This document shows, one piece after another, positions 48,716-61,615 of a DNA stretch of 64,000 nucleotides; position 1 is the stretch's first letter, and each line of letters starts with the position of its first letter. Where the stretch lies: NCBI GenBank assembly GCA_008632985.1, contig QPGO01000004.1, positions 372,001 to 436,000 of the forward strand, written 5' to 3'. The translations under genes and the position numbers were made by a program. The notes beneath the pieces are model-generated. The model had not been told where the DNA came from, did not search any database, and saw nothing but the letters and a program-made list of their open reading frames with translations. The stretch comes from Psammoneis japonica (Eukaryota).

Positions 48716-50215
48716 ATGAGCACGTTACCAACAGCCTCAGGAGCAGCCACAACCCAGTCAGTATCAAATAGACCGATTCGAGTCGTTTTTATACATCTAG
48801 ATTTGGGGATTGGAGGTGCAGAACAGCTGGTCTTGTCTCTAGCTTCTGCCAGTCAAGATCAGGGACATAATGTGTCGATTGTAACGAGCCGTTGTGACCA
48901 AGACCATTGTTTCTCTCAAGTAAAACAACCTGATGGACGTCTATCAGATAATGTGTATGTTTGGGGACGATGGATACCGCCTCACATCATGGGAAAGGCC
49001 ATGGCTTTGTGCAGTACCGGTCGAATGCTTTACTTGGCTTACAAAACCTCCAGAGTCTTTTCCAACAAGGTCGACGTGATTGTTCTGGATGTGCTGCCGA
49101 CACCAATACCGCTCTTGATGCATTGGTGGTGCAATATGGCTTCTGTTTTATTTTATTGCCACTTTCCGGATAAACTGTTGGTACGAGACACGGTAAACGG
49201 AGAGCCCATTCAGGGTCAACACACAACACGCCGCTTTGCGTTGTTTGCGTGGTACCGACAAGTATTGGACAAGCTGGAGGAAGTCACAATGGCGTTTTCC
49301 GACGTTTTGGTGGTTAATTCGCAATTTACAAAGTCGCAAGTAACGCGAGTCTTTCCATCCTTACAAGACAAAACAATGCGAGTGCTGTATCCTGCCTTGG
49401 ACACTTCCAAGTTTGACAGCGCCGACCACACAGAAAGTGGCACAGTTTCTTCTGAACCACCAATTGTGTCTTTGAATAGATTCGAACGGAAAAAGAATAT
49501 TGAACTATTGCTTCAAGCTTATGCAGAACTTCGCGATCAACTATCCGACAATACTAAGCTACCTCTGTTGGTGATTGCCGGTGGGTACGACACCAAAAAT
49601 GTCGAGAATGTTGAGTACATGGGAGAACTGCGCACCTTGGCCTCGGAACTTAAGATTGAGCCCCAATTTCGTCCAAGTGTGAGTGATGAAGAACGGTCGC
49701 TGCTTTTGCAAACAGCACTGGTCGTTGTGTACACTCCGCACCTGGAACATTTTGGTATCGTGCCTCTCGAAGTCATGTACGCTGGCCGTCCGGTCATTGC
49801 ATGCAAGTCAGGGGGACCAATGGAAACTGTTGTGAACGGCAAAACGGGATTCTTGTGCGAACCAACGCCTGGAGCCTTTTGCAGGGCTTTGCGGGAGCTA
49901 GTGCTGGATCCAAAGCTTGCCTCAACTATGGGAAAGGCGGGACACCAACACATCGTAACAAAGTTTGGCATGGATGCTTTTCAAAGACAATGGAACACCT
50001 TGCTGGAAGAAACCATGGTGCAGGGTGCTGTGCGACGAAGACAGCCGCCTCCCTATCTCTTGTCGAATAGTTTTTTCTACCTAATGGAGGCAGCATTAGT
50101 ACTGCTGTTCGCGATTCTCTTGACTTGGACTCTGCGACAGGTCGGTGTGCTGGCGCCGAGCGCCAGCATCTGGGGCTCCGTTCGAGATGCGTTTTATGGA
50201 CACGAAGAATTGTAG
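48716..50215 (+). CDS. ALG2: Alpha-1,3/1,6-mannosyltransferase (GT4)
   Basis: HLDLGIGGAEQL, FYCHFPDKLL, SLNRFERKKN, AGGYD..NVENVEY, YTP..EHFGIVPLE and a C-terminal TM helix. Confidence 0.95.
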   Translation: MSTLPTASGAATTQSVSNRPIRVVFIHLDLGIGGAEQLVLSLASASQDQGHNVSIVTSRCDQDHCFSQVKQPDGRLSDNVYVWGRWIPPHIMGKAMALCSTGRMLYLAYKTSRVFSNKVDVIVLDVLPTPIPLLMHWWCNMASVLFYCHFPDKLLVRDTVNGEPIQGQHTTRRFALFAWYRQVLDKLEEVTMAFSDVLVVNSQFTKSQVTRVFPSLQDKTMRVLYPALDTSKFDSADHTESGTVSSEPPIVSLNRFERKKNIELLLQAYAELRDQLSDNTKLPLLVIAGGYDTKNVENVEYMGELRTLASELKIEPQFRPSVSDEERSLLLQTALVVVYTPHLEHFGIVPLEVMYAGRPVIACKSGGPMETVVNGKTGFLCEPTPGAFCRALRELVLDPKLASTMGKAGHQHIVTKFGMDAFQRQWNTLLEETMVQGAVRRRQPPPYLLSNSFFYLMEAALVLLFAILLTWTLRQVGVLAPSASIWGSVRDAFYGHEEL

Positions 50216-50413
50216 ACGATCATGTGAAATAGAGTGCAGTCGCTAAGTAATCGGACGCGGTTTTTTTCTCCATTGCGTTGATGTAACTCGGAAGTACAAG
50301 TAGAAAAAATTACGACTGCACACATTTAAGCTGGACCCGTAACATGCTCTATTTTCTCGTGTTTGGTGATCTATCCGTTATGGGTTTGCACTGTGCATGT
50401 GAAATAAAGTGAT

Positions 50414-53400
50414 CTACTCCAGCTTCTTCTGGAGGGCGTCGATCTGCGCTTGAACTGACGCCACAGTGAGTTCCTTGATCTTGCCCTGGATCTCGGATGC
50501 GTTGCTCTCGTAGAACTCGGTCACTGCACGGTTGTCCTCCCAGTCCGCAGCACACATGGATTCAAGCATGCCCAAGGCGCCGGCAGAATCGAGTGATCCG
50601 TCGGCTTCCTTGAGTTGCTTGACGTAGTCATCTTCAAAGATGCGACGCTTGGCACGGTAGTAGAAGAACTCACGCGATCGCTCCCACGGAACAGCTGACT
50701 TGATCACTCCCTTGGCCTTCATACGTCCTGTCTTGTCGTGCAAATCAGCGAACTCAGTAGCTGCTTGGAGGTACACTGGCTTCAACAGTTCCTCGCGAGC
50801 TGCAATCTGCTCCTTGATGACGTTCGTATCGTGATCGAAATCTGATCCTTCCAGTTCAGCATCGAGAAGCTGGAGCTGAGGATCAAGTCTGTGCATAACC
50901 TTGAGCTGGTCAGGGAGACGGAACTTTACTTCGGTAATACCAGCCGGCTCAAGAATACCACCTCGGGAGTCAGGATCGGCATACATTTCCATCTTCTCTT
51001 CGTTGATGGTTGGGTCGACAACCACCCACGATCCTCCGCGAAGCTCACCGTGGGGTGGAAGGTAGATGTAGACAGGGTTTTCGTATTCTCGCAACGCGTC
51101 GACAATCATGGCTCCGAACCTACACCGCAAAGAAGCAAAGAAGTTGTTAGCGACCACCTTGCCTCAGCCGGTGTAAACACCAATGCGAAAAAAAGAGGTT
51201 CTACTTACTTGAGAATTTCTCCAGCCATGTCACGACTTCCACCACTGAATCCTCTCCAGTTCGCGAAAATCATGATCGGGATACCCTCTTTGTTCATGTC
51301 GCGGATGGCCTGAGCGGTCTTGTACGACGAGTCAGGGAAGAGCACTTGGCCTGTCCGAAACACAAGCCCAACAAACGAAGTAAGTAAGTGAAATACGCCA
51401 GACATACAATTCACTCGCACGACATGAAGTAGACTTACCAGCCTGAGGAAGGACAGCTTCGCGAGAGTTGACATCAGCAGGATCGGCAGGCACAACCTTG
51501 TCGACAAGGCGAGTTTCTACAGCAATAGCTCCCATTGGAATACCACCAAGACGGCCGCGTCCAACAATGACACTCTTTCCCCATCCTTCGAGGTACTCTT
51601 TGAAAGAACCCTTGTCAAAGAATCCAGGCATATCACTTGTACCAGCCAGCATAAGACGAGGATCGTATGGTGTGGGTGTGGGGCGCCAGACAACGTCACG
51701 GTCCACAGGATCCGTGCAGTCTCTGCAGGCGGGGAGGGCGCCAACCTTAGCCGGCACAAAACTGAGCCATTTGAGAATAGAAGCAACACCCTCTTGATCG
51801 TTCTCAACAGTCTCATGACTGACACCGTTTGGTACCATGATTTGTGGGCCTCCGAGCTGATCTTGGGAGTTGTAAACTTCACGTCCAAGGAGCTTGTTCA
51901 AGGCAGAGTAACCAGTTAGGATAATGGGCCCTTGCTGCATCTGGATGACACGCTGTCCCAATCGTACAAGGTATGCTCCGATACCAACACTGCGACCAGT
52001 GACAAGACTGAGAGTGAAGATCTCGTCGTATGCCCTGGATGTTTCTCCGGCGATCTTTCCACTGCCCTGCAAGTTCTCTACACCAATTCCGTGGTTGGTT
52101 CCAATAACATCGTCAAGGGCCCATCCCTCAGGCACCTTATGAGCGATCACACTACCTTCGGGAAGCGCCTTGTAGTCTTCGTCAGTGAGGTAGAGGTATT
52201 CGAAACCCTTTGTAGGACTCTCCTGGTCGTAAAACTTAATCTTGATCTTGGGCTTGAGCTCGTCAACAAGACCAATACGTGCACCAGCGTTACAAGAAAT
52301 GTAGACACGCGGTAACTGATGATCGCGGGCATACTTCGATGCTTTGTAGTAGAATTCATCTTCGTTAACACCGAACGATCCGCTCTGAACTGTGACGTCA
52401 TTCGCAATAAACACAACCTCGCGACCTTCAGGGTACTCGGGTGTCTTCATCTTGACAAGCCAAGCCACCATTCCGATATCGTTTGATCCAACCTCACGCT
52501 TTCCGAGAACAAGTTCGCCGTCCGGTCCTTCGAGGAGCTCATGAGATTCAAAAATCGTCGACGGCATATCAACGGAAGAGTCAACGTCGGCTAAATCTTC
52601 CAAGTATTGGTCCCATTCACCAATCAATCCCACCTCAAGAAGACCCAAGAAGTCGTAAGCATAAGTGGAACCAACACGACGCGCCACAGCACGCTTGGTC
52701 TGCACCAGGTTCGAAACCGAGTATGGGTCGAGGTAGCACATTTCACTCTCGCCTCCGAGGACGCAGTACTCACGAGTGACGCCAGTGACTGGGTCGGGCT
52801 TCTCGAGGTATGCGGTAGGCTTGAGCCACTCGCCTTCCATGGAAGAAGCAGTAAGACGGACGGACTGGATAACGGGCTTACCGTCTGAACCGGTGGCAGC
52901 CACTCGGACCTTCACCTCGATTTCATCAACTCGGAGTTTCAGCAAACGAGTAGCAAGACGGCTCTTGAGCTTTCCGATGGTTTTGGAGAAAATTTCGACG
53001 ACTTCCTCGGGAGTGACGTCTTCCAGCTCAGGCAGAGAATGGAGGAAAATTCTTGTGGAAGACTGAAGGTTCACCTTGGAGTTAGCCTGTGCTCTCTCAA
53101 TCTCATCAAGACCCTGAAGAAGCGCACGGCGAGCACCCGCTTCAGTAACAAGCCCACGGCTATGGGAGACTCCTCGAACGAAAACAACCTGAGGTGGACC
53201 GCCACGCATTGGCTTGGCTGTCTTTTCTGTTCCAATGTAGACCTGAGCATTCTTCCCGATAGCTGGAATCCTTTCAAGTTCGAAGTTCTCGCTGAGGCGT
53301 GAGAGCTCGAGAAGATGGCTAAAGGTGGGACGCATGTTGCGGCGAAGAGGGCTTTCCTTGTATCCATCGCATTGCTGGAACGTGAAGTACATAGGATCCT

Positions 53401-56400
53401 TCTTCTCGACAGGTGAGAGAATATTGACCGAGCGAACACCCAACATGTTCAACTTCCTCTCTTGTCCAATTACAGCTTCCTCGAGAGTTTCCGCCAGATC
53501 TCCTTCGTCGGCCTTTGCGGAAGCAAGGTGCAGCACATTGATTGGACCAGTAGATTCGATGTCGCTCAGCTGAGTCGCAAAGTCATCGAGAATGGATGGA
53601 AAGTCGTCCTTCAATGAAGCAGCAGATGGGACAACGCTGAAGTAGCCCTTGCGATCGATGCTCTCCGAATCTTCAATATCAGCAAAACGGAAAGTCCAGC
53701 TGCATGATAGACGTCCACCGGTCTCTTGGACCTTGATGTCATTAACGCGGTGCGCACGGTAAACACGACGAATGTATACTTCGAGGGCGGCATCGCGCAC
53801 TTTGGTGTCACTTTCGGTGAGAAAGAGCGAGGTAAGCAAATCAACACCGGCGGAAAGAGTGGCACTCTTGGAGAGTTCTGTAAGATCCGTGTCAGGATCT
53901 AGAAGCTGAGTACGAAGCTCCTCGACACGCTTTTCGAAAGACGGGACCTTGGATTGACGGATGATGGCGTCCGCTGCAAGAGTGATTTCACCGTACGCCT
54001 TCTGTTTCAAAGAAGAAAGCTGGGCCAACACTGCAAGGATGTCTTCTGATAGCTCCTCGAAGGTCTCGACTTGACGAAGAATAGCGAGGACGAGCTTGGT
54101 GCGAATTCCTAGCTGCTGGTGCGCAAGATTCTCGGCAATAACAACATCCAAAGACTCCTCGTTCGCCTTGGTCAAGTCACGGACGACATCGTCAAGCAGC
54201 TTGCCAGCGAAAATTGTCTCTACACGAACAAACTCGTTGAGAGCGTCCACAGCTAGAGAAGAGGCATCTTCAGTTGTGGCGAAAGCAGAAAGCACTGCAG
54301 CTTCTGGGTCACTCTTAAAGCCAGCGAGAACGTTCTTCAGAGCTTGTTCGGCGTCAATTTCGACATCGACGGCGGGAATATCGAGTGCACCTTCAAAGTT
54401 AAGAATCTTCTTCACCTTCGACGGATCTTTGAGCTCGAGGGAGGCGAGCAGGTCTCCGGCATTGATGACAGATCCGGGAGAAAGGTTGTGGGTGATCTTT
54501 CCGCTCTCGCTTGCCTTGATAGGCATGATCATTTTCATCGCTTCAACCTCCACGTACGGCTCGCCGGATTCAACAGATGCGCCATTGTCTTGTAGATAAC
54601 GGACAACCTTTCCGGTTACGTCAGTGCGGAGCTCCGACGGGTCGAAAATAGTAGGCCTATAATAGAAAGAAGCGACGGTCAGGATCTGGTACAGAAAACC
54701 TTTTAGGGAAGAACTATGCCACAACAACTTACATCAGAACAGTTACACCGTCCACAACAAGGCGGAGACCAAGTGGTTCGTCCATTCCAAAGATGCGGTG
54801 TGTCTCCCCACCGAAAGTGGCAAGAAGAGCCCCTTCAGCAGTTTCGGTTACTTGGACGTCAATTGGGTTACCGTTCAAGGTAAGGCGGTACATGTCAGGT
54901 GCAGTGCGCTCCACTTGGAATGGGTACTTTGTGTCTTTGTACGCGATCTCGAGCTCAAAAGAGTTGATTCCGGGAATGCCTCCGGTAGAAACCTGACCCT
55001 TTCTAAGCGACTCAAAAACGCTTTCTGTCTCGCTCTTGACATGTTCGAAGGCCTTGAAAACAGCAGCCGACGCAACAACCAAATGATCGGGCTGCTCCAC
55101 CTGAACACTTTTCTCTTTGATAAGTCCGTCAAGCCAGGACGTGTCAATAGTGTTGTCAATGAATGCTTCGGTCTCGAGAAGTTGAACAAGATACTCAACT
55201 GTCGTACGGATTTCACCTCGGACTTCGATCTCTTTCAGGGCAAGAATCAGAGCTCTACGGGCGTGTTCCCTAGTGGGTCCCTTGGCAAACAAGTGACCAA
55301 ACTGAGAATCAGCAAACTCGTGAATACCTCCGTTGGCGCCAACACTGAAATAACCCCAGACATTGGAAGACGACTGGAACTTGATGCGCTCGATGGTACC
55401 CGAGGTAGGCTTGAATCCTTCGTCGGGGTTCTCAGCGGTAATACGGGCAGCAATCACATGCGAATCGATAGGCTTGTATTCTTCTTCAAGGAAGTCAATA
55501 GGGCTGGTGCCGTACATATCAGTCTTTCCGTAGAAGCGACGAATCTCGGGGATGTTGTGAAGAGGGATACCCATGGCAACCTGGAGCTGAGTGGCTGGAA
55601 GGTTGACACCAGTGATGCCCTCGGTGACTGGATGCTCCACCTGAAGACGGGGGTTCAACTCAAGGAAGAAAAACTCCTTCGTGTCAGCATTGAAGAGGTA
55701 CTCAACAGTTCCGGCACCAATGTAACCGATGTTCTGGGTCAGACGTTGGGCAGCTTTCTCCATCTCAGAGAAAACCTCCTTGGGTGCAATAACCGGGGGA
55801 CCTTCCTCGAAAATCTTCTGGAAACGACGCTGGGTAGAGCAATCACGTCCATTCAGGGCAACCGCATTTCCGTGCTGATCACCGACAATCTGAACCTCAA
55901 GATGGCGAGCGTTCTTACAGAGCTGCATCAAAAAGATAGGTGAACCAACGACCTCGTTCTGCACCTGGATGTATGCGTTTCTGAGGTCGTCCTCGTTGTC
56001 AACGAAACGGATACCCTTTCCTCCGCCTCCTTCGGACGCTTTAATCATAATACCATTCTCATATCCAACCTTCTTGGCGGCCTCGACAGCCTCCTCGACA
56101 GTGCGGCAGGTGGCCATCTCGAAAGTAGAATCTGGGATGGTTCCTTCCTCAGTAAGTTCGGCAACAAGCGGACCATCGTCAGGTCCGCCATAGGATCCAC
56201 TCCATGGGATGGATGGCACCTTGGCAGTCTGAGCAAGGATGTTGGCGGCGATCTTGTCTCCAAGCACACTCATTACGGGCGCAGTGGGCCCAATAAATTT
56301 GATCCCCATTTCGGTGAGGGTGTTGGGAAGATCAGGGTTCTCACTTGCGTGTCCCCAGCCGGGCCACACGGCATCGACCCCCTGTTCCTTGGCGATCTTA

Positions 56401-57660
56401 GTGATGATCTCGACGTTGGCGTAGTTATTGCTGTTCTTTCCAGCAGGGACCTCCACAAAGGAGTCGGCGAGACGAACAAACTCGGCGTTGGCCCTGAGAT
56501 CTTCTGGGGTGGCCATGGCAACAAATTGGATGGCGCGTTCATCACCCAACTCCATGTACGCCCACTGGCGCATCGACAAAATTGATTTGGTGGCAGCCAT
56601 ACCGTTGTTGGCAATCAACACTTTTCTAATGACACGGTCTCCACCACGTTCTTGAACATACTTTTCCAGTGTCTGGGAGGAGATATCGGAAATTGACGAA
56701 GTATCAATGGCATCCTCCACTGTAGCCATTTGAAGGCAACTGGAAGTTTGGCATGCATGAGGAGCAAACGCCGCTTGGCGGTTTAATGCTCCGTTTGGAA
56801 CAAAAGCGGCGGGACCTGGGGACAAAATCGAAAAAGAGAAGCCAACGGTGAGATGCCAACAATATAAAATCCGCAATCCGCAGAAACCCTCGACAAATTC
56901 ACAAAAAGGCGGTTAATCTGAAGTCTAAAGTCGGTGTCAAAATCAAAGATTCGGCGATCGACATTTACTTGAAGACAACACAACGTGCGTGGGCGATGTC
57001 ACAGAAACAGTCAAAAAATGTGACGGCGTACGTGTCCGACAAAAAGAAGGAATTTCTCGACGTCAGGTGAAAGAGGCAATTCAGATTCCATCCGTACGAG
57101 AGGATATGATGCGAAGCAACGTATGGAAGGAATCCATGACAGACAAAAATTTGAAAAAGAAGAGAAAGCGAGAAAGCGATAATGCATTTTCGACACGACA
57201 ATGACGACAAATGCGATATGTCAAGTTTGCATGGTTGATGGCAGCGATTAGATCGCTCAATCAAAAAGCTATAGCCAATGTGAGCTTTAGAGGACTCTGA
57301 AATGTTTCATACAACGACATTTTTATTTCCCCCATGATGTGAGAACGAAAAACCCGACGTTTTCCGGATGATCACACTGGCTTCGCACCGCATGAAGAGA
57401 TTCCATGATGCTGACATTCTACGCAAGAATCGAGTATTCACGAGAGAAACACGGAATCAACAAACGAGGAAGTCAACCAAGAGTCGGTATCTTGCGACTC
57501 CCGTTTCTTGTCACGTCGACTGCGACCGACGACGTGGAGATACGCACGAGGATCCAAACAGACAAGAAAACGAACACTTACCGCTAGAAGAAAATCCTTC
57601 AACCGCTATGACGGCTGCAGCGAGGAACGCTGCAGCCAAACCATAGCTGCGCCCTAACAT
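50414..57660 (-). CDS. ACC1: Homomeric acetyl-CoA carboxylase, plastid-targeted (5 exons)
   Basis: Exons 57660-57582, 56815-54733, 54656-51439, 51350-51209 and 51119-50414 splice in frame. Signal peptide [25 protein letters not shown] domain ([23 protein letters not shown]), biotin site EAMKM and CT domain ([16 protein letters not shown]). Confidence 0.96.
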
Positions 57661-58150
57661 GGCTTTCTTGAAGGGTGATGCGAGGGAATAAAGTTGTGAG
57701 AATGATGGGATGATCGCGGTGTCGTGTGCGGCCGAGATGATGGAATCGTCGTCGTGCTTTTTTGCGCGGTAACCACGACACGTAATCCATCCGGAGTTCG
57801 CAATATCATGCTTTCGGCCAATGATATTTGCACATTTCTTCATTTTTTAACCGTCGGAAGCCAAAGTACGTATGTGGCTGGTACATTTTTCTACGTGGGA
57901 GTTCACGTAGACGTCGGAAGATTTCTTCTCACGAGGTATGCGAGGTCTTTATATAAAATAGGCGCTACATAGAGTTTCAAGTTGGAGTGAACAATTTCAG
58001 TTCGTATGTACTGAGTTACGTAGAAACCAACGTAGACGAATCGTGTTCGTAAAAAAGCATTGCTGTGCGTTGAGTTGATCATCATCGACCGGAAACCGCT
58101 CCCTATTGAACCCTCTCGAACCATTTATTCCAATAGTTCGTCACCGCACC

Positions 58151-58960
58151 ATGACGGGTACGGAACACGAAGAACACTATGAGCAGGATGGTCCTGCTGC
58201 GAGAGAGATTGCTCGGTTTCTGCCCTACTTCCCTTTCAAGGGCATTCCTCGTTTCTACGACATTGGGGGGTTTCTAGCCGAACCCAAGGTCTTCAAACAA
58301 ATTGTCGATATTTTCGTCGCTCGATATGAGAAGATTGGTATTGACAGCATTGCTGGGTAAGTGCTTGAGCCACGACGATTCTTCGATGCAGAAGCCTGTC
58401 TGACCTACTGTATTTGATGTTTTCTAGTTTGGACGCTCGTGGGTTCATCTTGGGTCCTCCAATTGCCCTCGCATTGCAAAAGCCCTTTATCATGATGCGC
58501 AAAAAGGTAAGGAAAAATACGTAGAATCTAGATTGTGGTCATTCGCCTGCTTGTACTTGACTAAACGATTCGCAAAAAGGGGAAAATGCCGAACTCTATT
58601 CAGTCCGAAGCATACAAGACGGAATATGGAAACCGAGAAGGCCTTACGGTTCAACGAGACAAGATTAAGGAGGGTCATCGGGTTTTGATTATCGATGACT
58701 TGGTAGCCACAGGTGGCACCTTGGGATCTGCAATTTCTCTCGTCAAAATGCTGGGCGGAAAGGTTGTGGAGTGCGCCTGTGTGGTGGAACTCAAAATGTT
58801 TGTGAATCCGGCGCACGATAGTGGACTACCGAGCAGAACCAAACTATTTTCGGACCTTGGACACGAGGACGTTTCGGTGTGGGGGCTTGTTTCGGAGGAT
58901 GTGCTAACCAAAGAAGCGGAACTGCACTCAGAGTATGTGGACGACGGAGAAGACCATTAG
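58151..58960 (+). CDS. APT: Adenine phosphoribosyltransferase (3 exons)
   Basis: Exons 58151-58356, 58428-58506 and 58580-58960. Motifs FPFKGI.RFYDI, GLDARGF, RKKGKMP, YKTEYG and PRPP-binding VLIIDDLVATGGT. Confidence 0.95.
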
Positions 58961-59184
58961 ACCTTTTCTTTCGTTTCGTAAGGGATGCATTATTGTTTAC
59001 AGTCCTATCGGAATAAATTAATTGAAATGTAGAAGATCATATTCCATAATGCAGTTCTCTCCGCGGCATTGTTGTGGCAGAGACAAAAATATCTTATCGA
59101 CTGAACCATAATCTTTGACTCCCTCAATGGCCCCGCGACCAAGCACAGGTTCCCAGGGAATGGTCGCCAGCTTAAGGTACCTCA

Positions 59185-59710
59185 CTAAGAACCGCACCTA
59201 TTGAAACAGGGGCCTCCGTAAAAGTTACATTCGTCACAAGTGTATTGCTCACACTCTCCGCAGTAGTAAATGCCGCACTCTCCTTCTCCATCCTCGGCCT
59301 TGCATCTCCAGCCACGGCAGTTTCCGCATTGAGCCAGGTCTCCGCACACGTTGCATTTTTCACAGCTTCTACAAATCTCATTTTCTTTGGAACAGTCGTC
59401 ACAAAACGTAATACAAGAACCATCGCAAAGGCGCATTCTTGGCTCATGGTAGGGCTTCTGAACGTATCCGCAAAAGCACATTCCTCCGTGTCCATTCGAC
59501 ACGAGTAGCAGATACGTTGGTCTGGGTAATAACAGGAACCACACTTGTGCTTGAGGGTTGCACTGCCTCCACATATTTTGCAATCGCGTGGTGGCCTACA
59601 ATCCATGCATTCTTTTTCGCCGCAGCTACAGCATGCATAAAACTCCTTCCCTTTGCACTCGTCACAAAGAGGAGGATCATTTTCAGCCTCAGCTGCAGCG
59701 GACGCTTTCG
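59185..59710 (-). pseudogene. CxxC-repeat Cys-rich protein, frameshifted near 59480
   Basis: A CxxC array starts in the 59172-59606 frame (CDEC, CCSC, CMDC, CKIC, CGSC, CYSC) and continues in the 59185-59583 frame (CDDC, CRSC, CNVC, CGNC, CGEC, CDEC). TA and Tyr content are normal. Start not found. Confidence 0.45.
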
Positions 59711-60200
59711 ATGATTTTTCTCGCTCATGTTTCTCTCAATCTCGACTTTTCAACACTTGCTTGGCTTGACGTTTGGCCGCTGAAAAGAGGTATGACAACG
59801 ACCGAGAATTCACAAGCCCGAAACCCGAAACTTGAAACCCGAAAGTAGACTCTATGTATGTACCGGTAGCTTCAAACTTACCCGCTCTACCCGCTTCTGC
59901 TTCATCCATTGCGTGATGCGGAACGTTTTATGAAGATGCTCTGCGGATCACGCGGGGTCGGGTGCGCGGTCGGAGGGAAGTTTTCGAAATTTGGAATCAG
60001 GAATCAATCCCACCAAATTTGAAAATGGCGGGAAGAATAATCAATCGTGCCGCGGCGCCGCCAGCCGCCAACGATCTTCGATCTTTCGCCGGTTGGAACC
60101 CTTTGAACGCGACACGCGACAGAGTCAGAACCATCGCAGCCATCAGAGCAGTTGACCATAGAAACACAAAATAATAGAGTTACTGTGTAACTTGCAAACC

Positions 60201-61430
60201 ATGAAGCTCACAGCTGCTGCATCTGTATTTTCTCTCTGTGTCTGCACTGGACACGGTTTTATGGCGTCATCTCCGCCCTTTGCAAGACACGGAATAACAA
60301 GCCAGCTTACCTTGAGATCATCCCCATCAGACGATGCCGAGCGCATGAAGCAAATCCTGCAGGAAGAAGCAATGAACGCTGACAATCTAGCCCAATCTGC
60401 TGAACGCATGAAGAACATGACGCCAGAAGACATGGATAAAATGATTAAAGAAATGGAAGAAATGAGCCCAGCGCAGAAAGAGCAGCTAAAGGCAATGGGA
60501 ATGAATCCCGACATGATGAAGCGCTCTATGGATATGATGAAACAGAACCCGCAAATGATGGAGTCCATTAGCAACATGATGAAAGACATGACGCCCGAGC
60601 AACTGCTTCAACAAAGCCGAATGGCTCAAGAGCAAATGTCTAAAATGACACCCGAACAAGTGGAACAGGCTGCAAAGGTTGCGAGCGAACTACCTCCCGA
60701 AGCTGTATCTGAAGCTACAAAGGCAGTGTCGGAAAGCGTCAAGAACGCAGGGAGTGCGTCTGATCCTGTAGTTATTGATAGCATGTTTCGTGTTGCTGAA
60801 ATGATGTCACAGCCTCCAACCGGCGGTGTCACCCTTCAGGCGTTTGCCTCGCTCCCACCAATCACGCTGCTATCCGGAGATCGCGAGATGGACCTTTCCA
60901 AGAAAGAATTAGCCGAATGCTGGGCGGATGGGTCCTTGGGTGCAACGCGTGTAGATCGCCAGGGATTTGAACGCGTATGGAACGAGGTGCGGGAGTATTT
61001 CGAAGGCGACATTATGGAGGAAGCGAGAAAGACAGGTGCCGCAAAAGGCAAGAAGGGAGGAAGCACTGCAAGTGTTGCCGCTCCAACGGAAGTCGTCTCT
61101 TCCTCCCCGAGTGTGACGCCTGCCGTCGGTGCAAATCTTACTCCCGAACAAATGTCGGTTGTCAGTGAGCAGGTCAAGAACATGTCCGAAGATGACATGG
61201 GGACGATGCTTGAGCAGATGGCGTCCATGACACCCGCGCAGGAAGCCCAGATGAAAATGATGGGCGTGGACCCAGAAAAGATGAAACAAACGGCCAAAAT
61301 GATGAATAACAACCCCATGATGAAAAAGGCTGCTGCGGCTATGATGAAGAACATGACTCCTGAACAGATGTTGCAGTCTAGTAGGGAGGCACAAGAGCAA
61401 ATGGCGAAAATGTCCAACAAGAACGACTAA
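60201..61430 (+). CDS. Met-rich STI1/OEP61-like repeat protein with probable plastid presequence
   Basis: Begins MKLTAAASVFSLCVCTGHG|F. Two repeated regions with MKNMTPE, MGMNPDMMK, NPQMM and AQEQMSKM flank a central globular segment. Confidence 0.7.
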   Translation: MKLTAAASVFSLCVCTGHGFMASSPPFARHGITSQLTLRSSPSDDAERMKQILQEEAMNADNLAQSAERMKNMTPEDMDKMIKEMEEMSPAQKEQLKAMGMNPDMMKRSMDMMKQNPQMMESISNMMKDMTPEQLLQQSRMAQEQMSKMTPEQVEQAAKVASELPPEAVSEATKAVSESVKNAGSASDPVVIDSMFRVAEMMSQPPTGGVTLQAFASLPPITLLSGDREMDLSKKELAECWADGSLGATRVDRQGFERVWNEVREYFEGDIMEEARKTGAAKGKKGGSTASVAAPTEVVSSSPSVTPAVGANLTPEQMSVVSEQVKNMSEDDMGTMLEQMASMTPAQEAQMKMMGVDPEKMKQTAKMMNNNPMMKKAAAAMMKNMTPEQMLQSSREAQEQMAKMSNKND

Positions 61431-61615
61431 AGGATTGGTAACAAGACGACAGAAACCTAAATGCTAGTACTAACAATAGCGAGCCATATTGACGGAAGTA
61501 CTCCTATCGGGTGGTATGAGACTGATTGTACCAGTGATGCCAGTAGAATTGATTGTACCAGTACAACTCGAAGCCCATCCTGAAAGCCGTTGCGACGAAT
61601 GCAGTAAAGTTGAGA

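Noticed and set aside
54798..55943. 381-aa plus-strand ORF
   Set aside because: It is an antisense shadow of the codon-biased ACCase exon.
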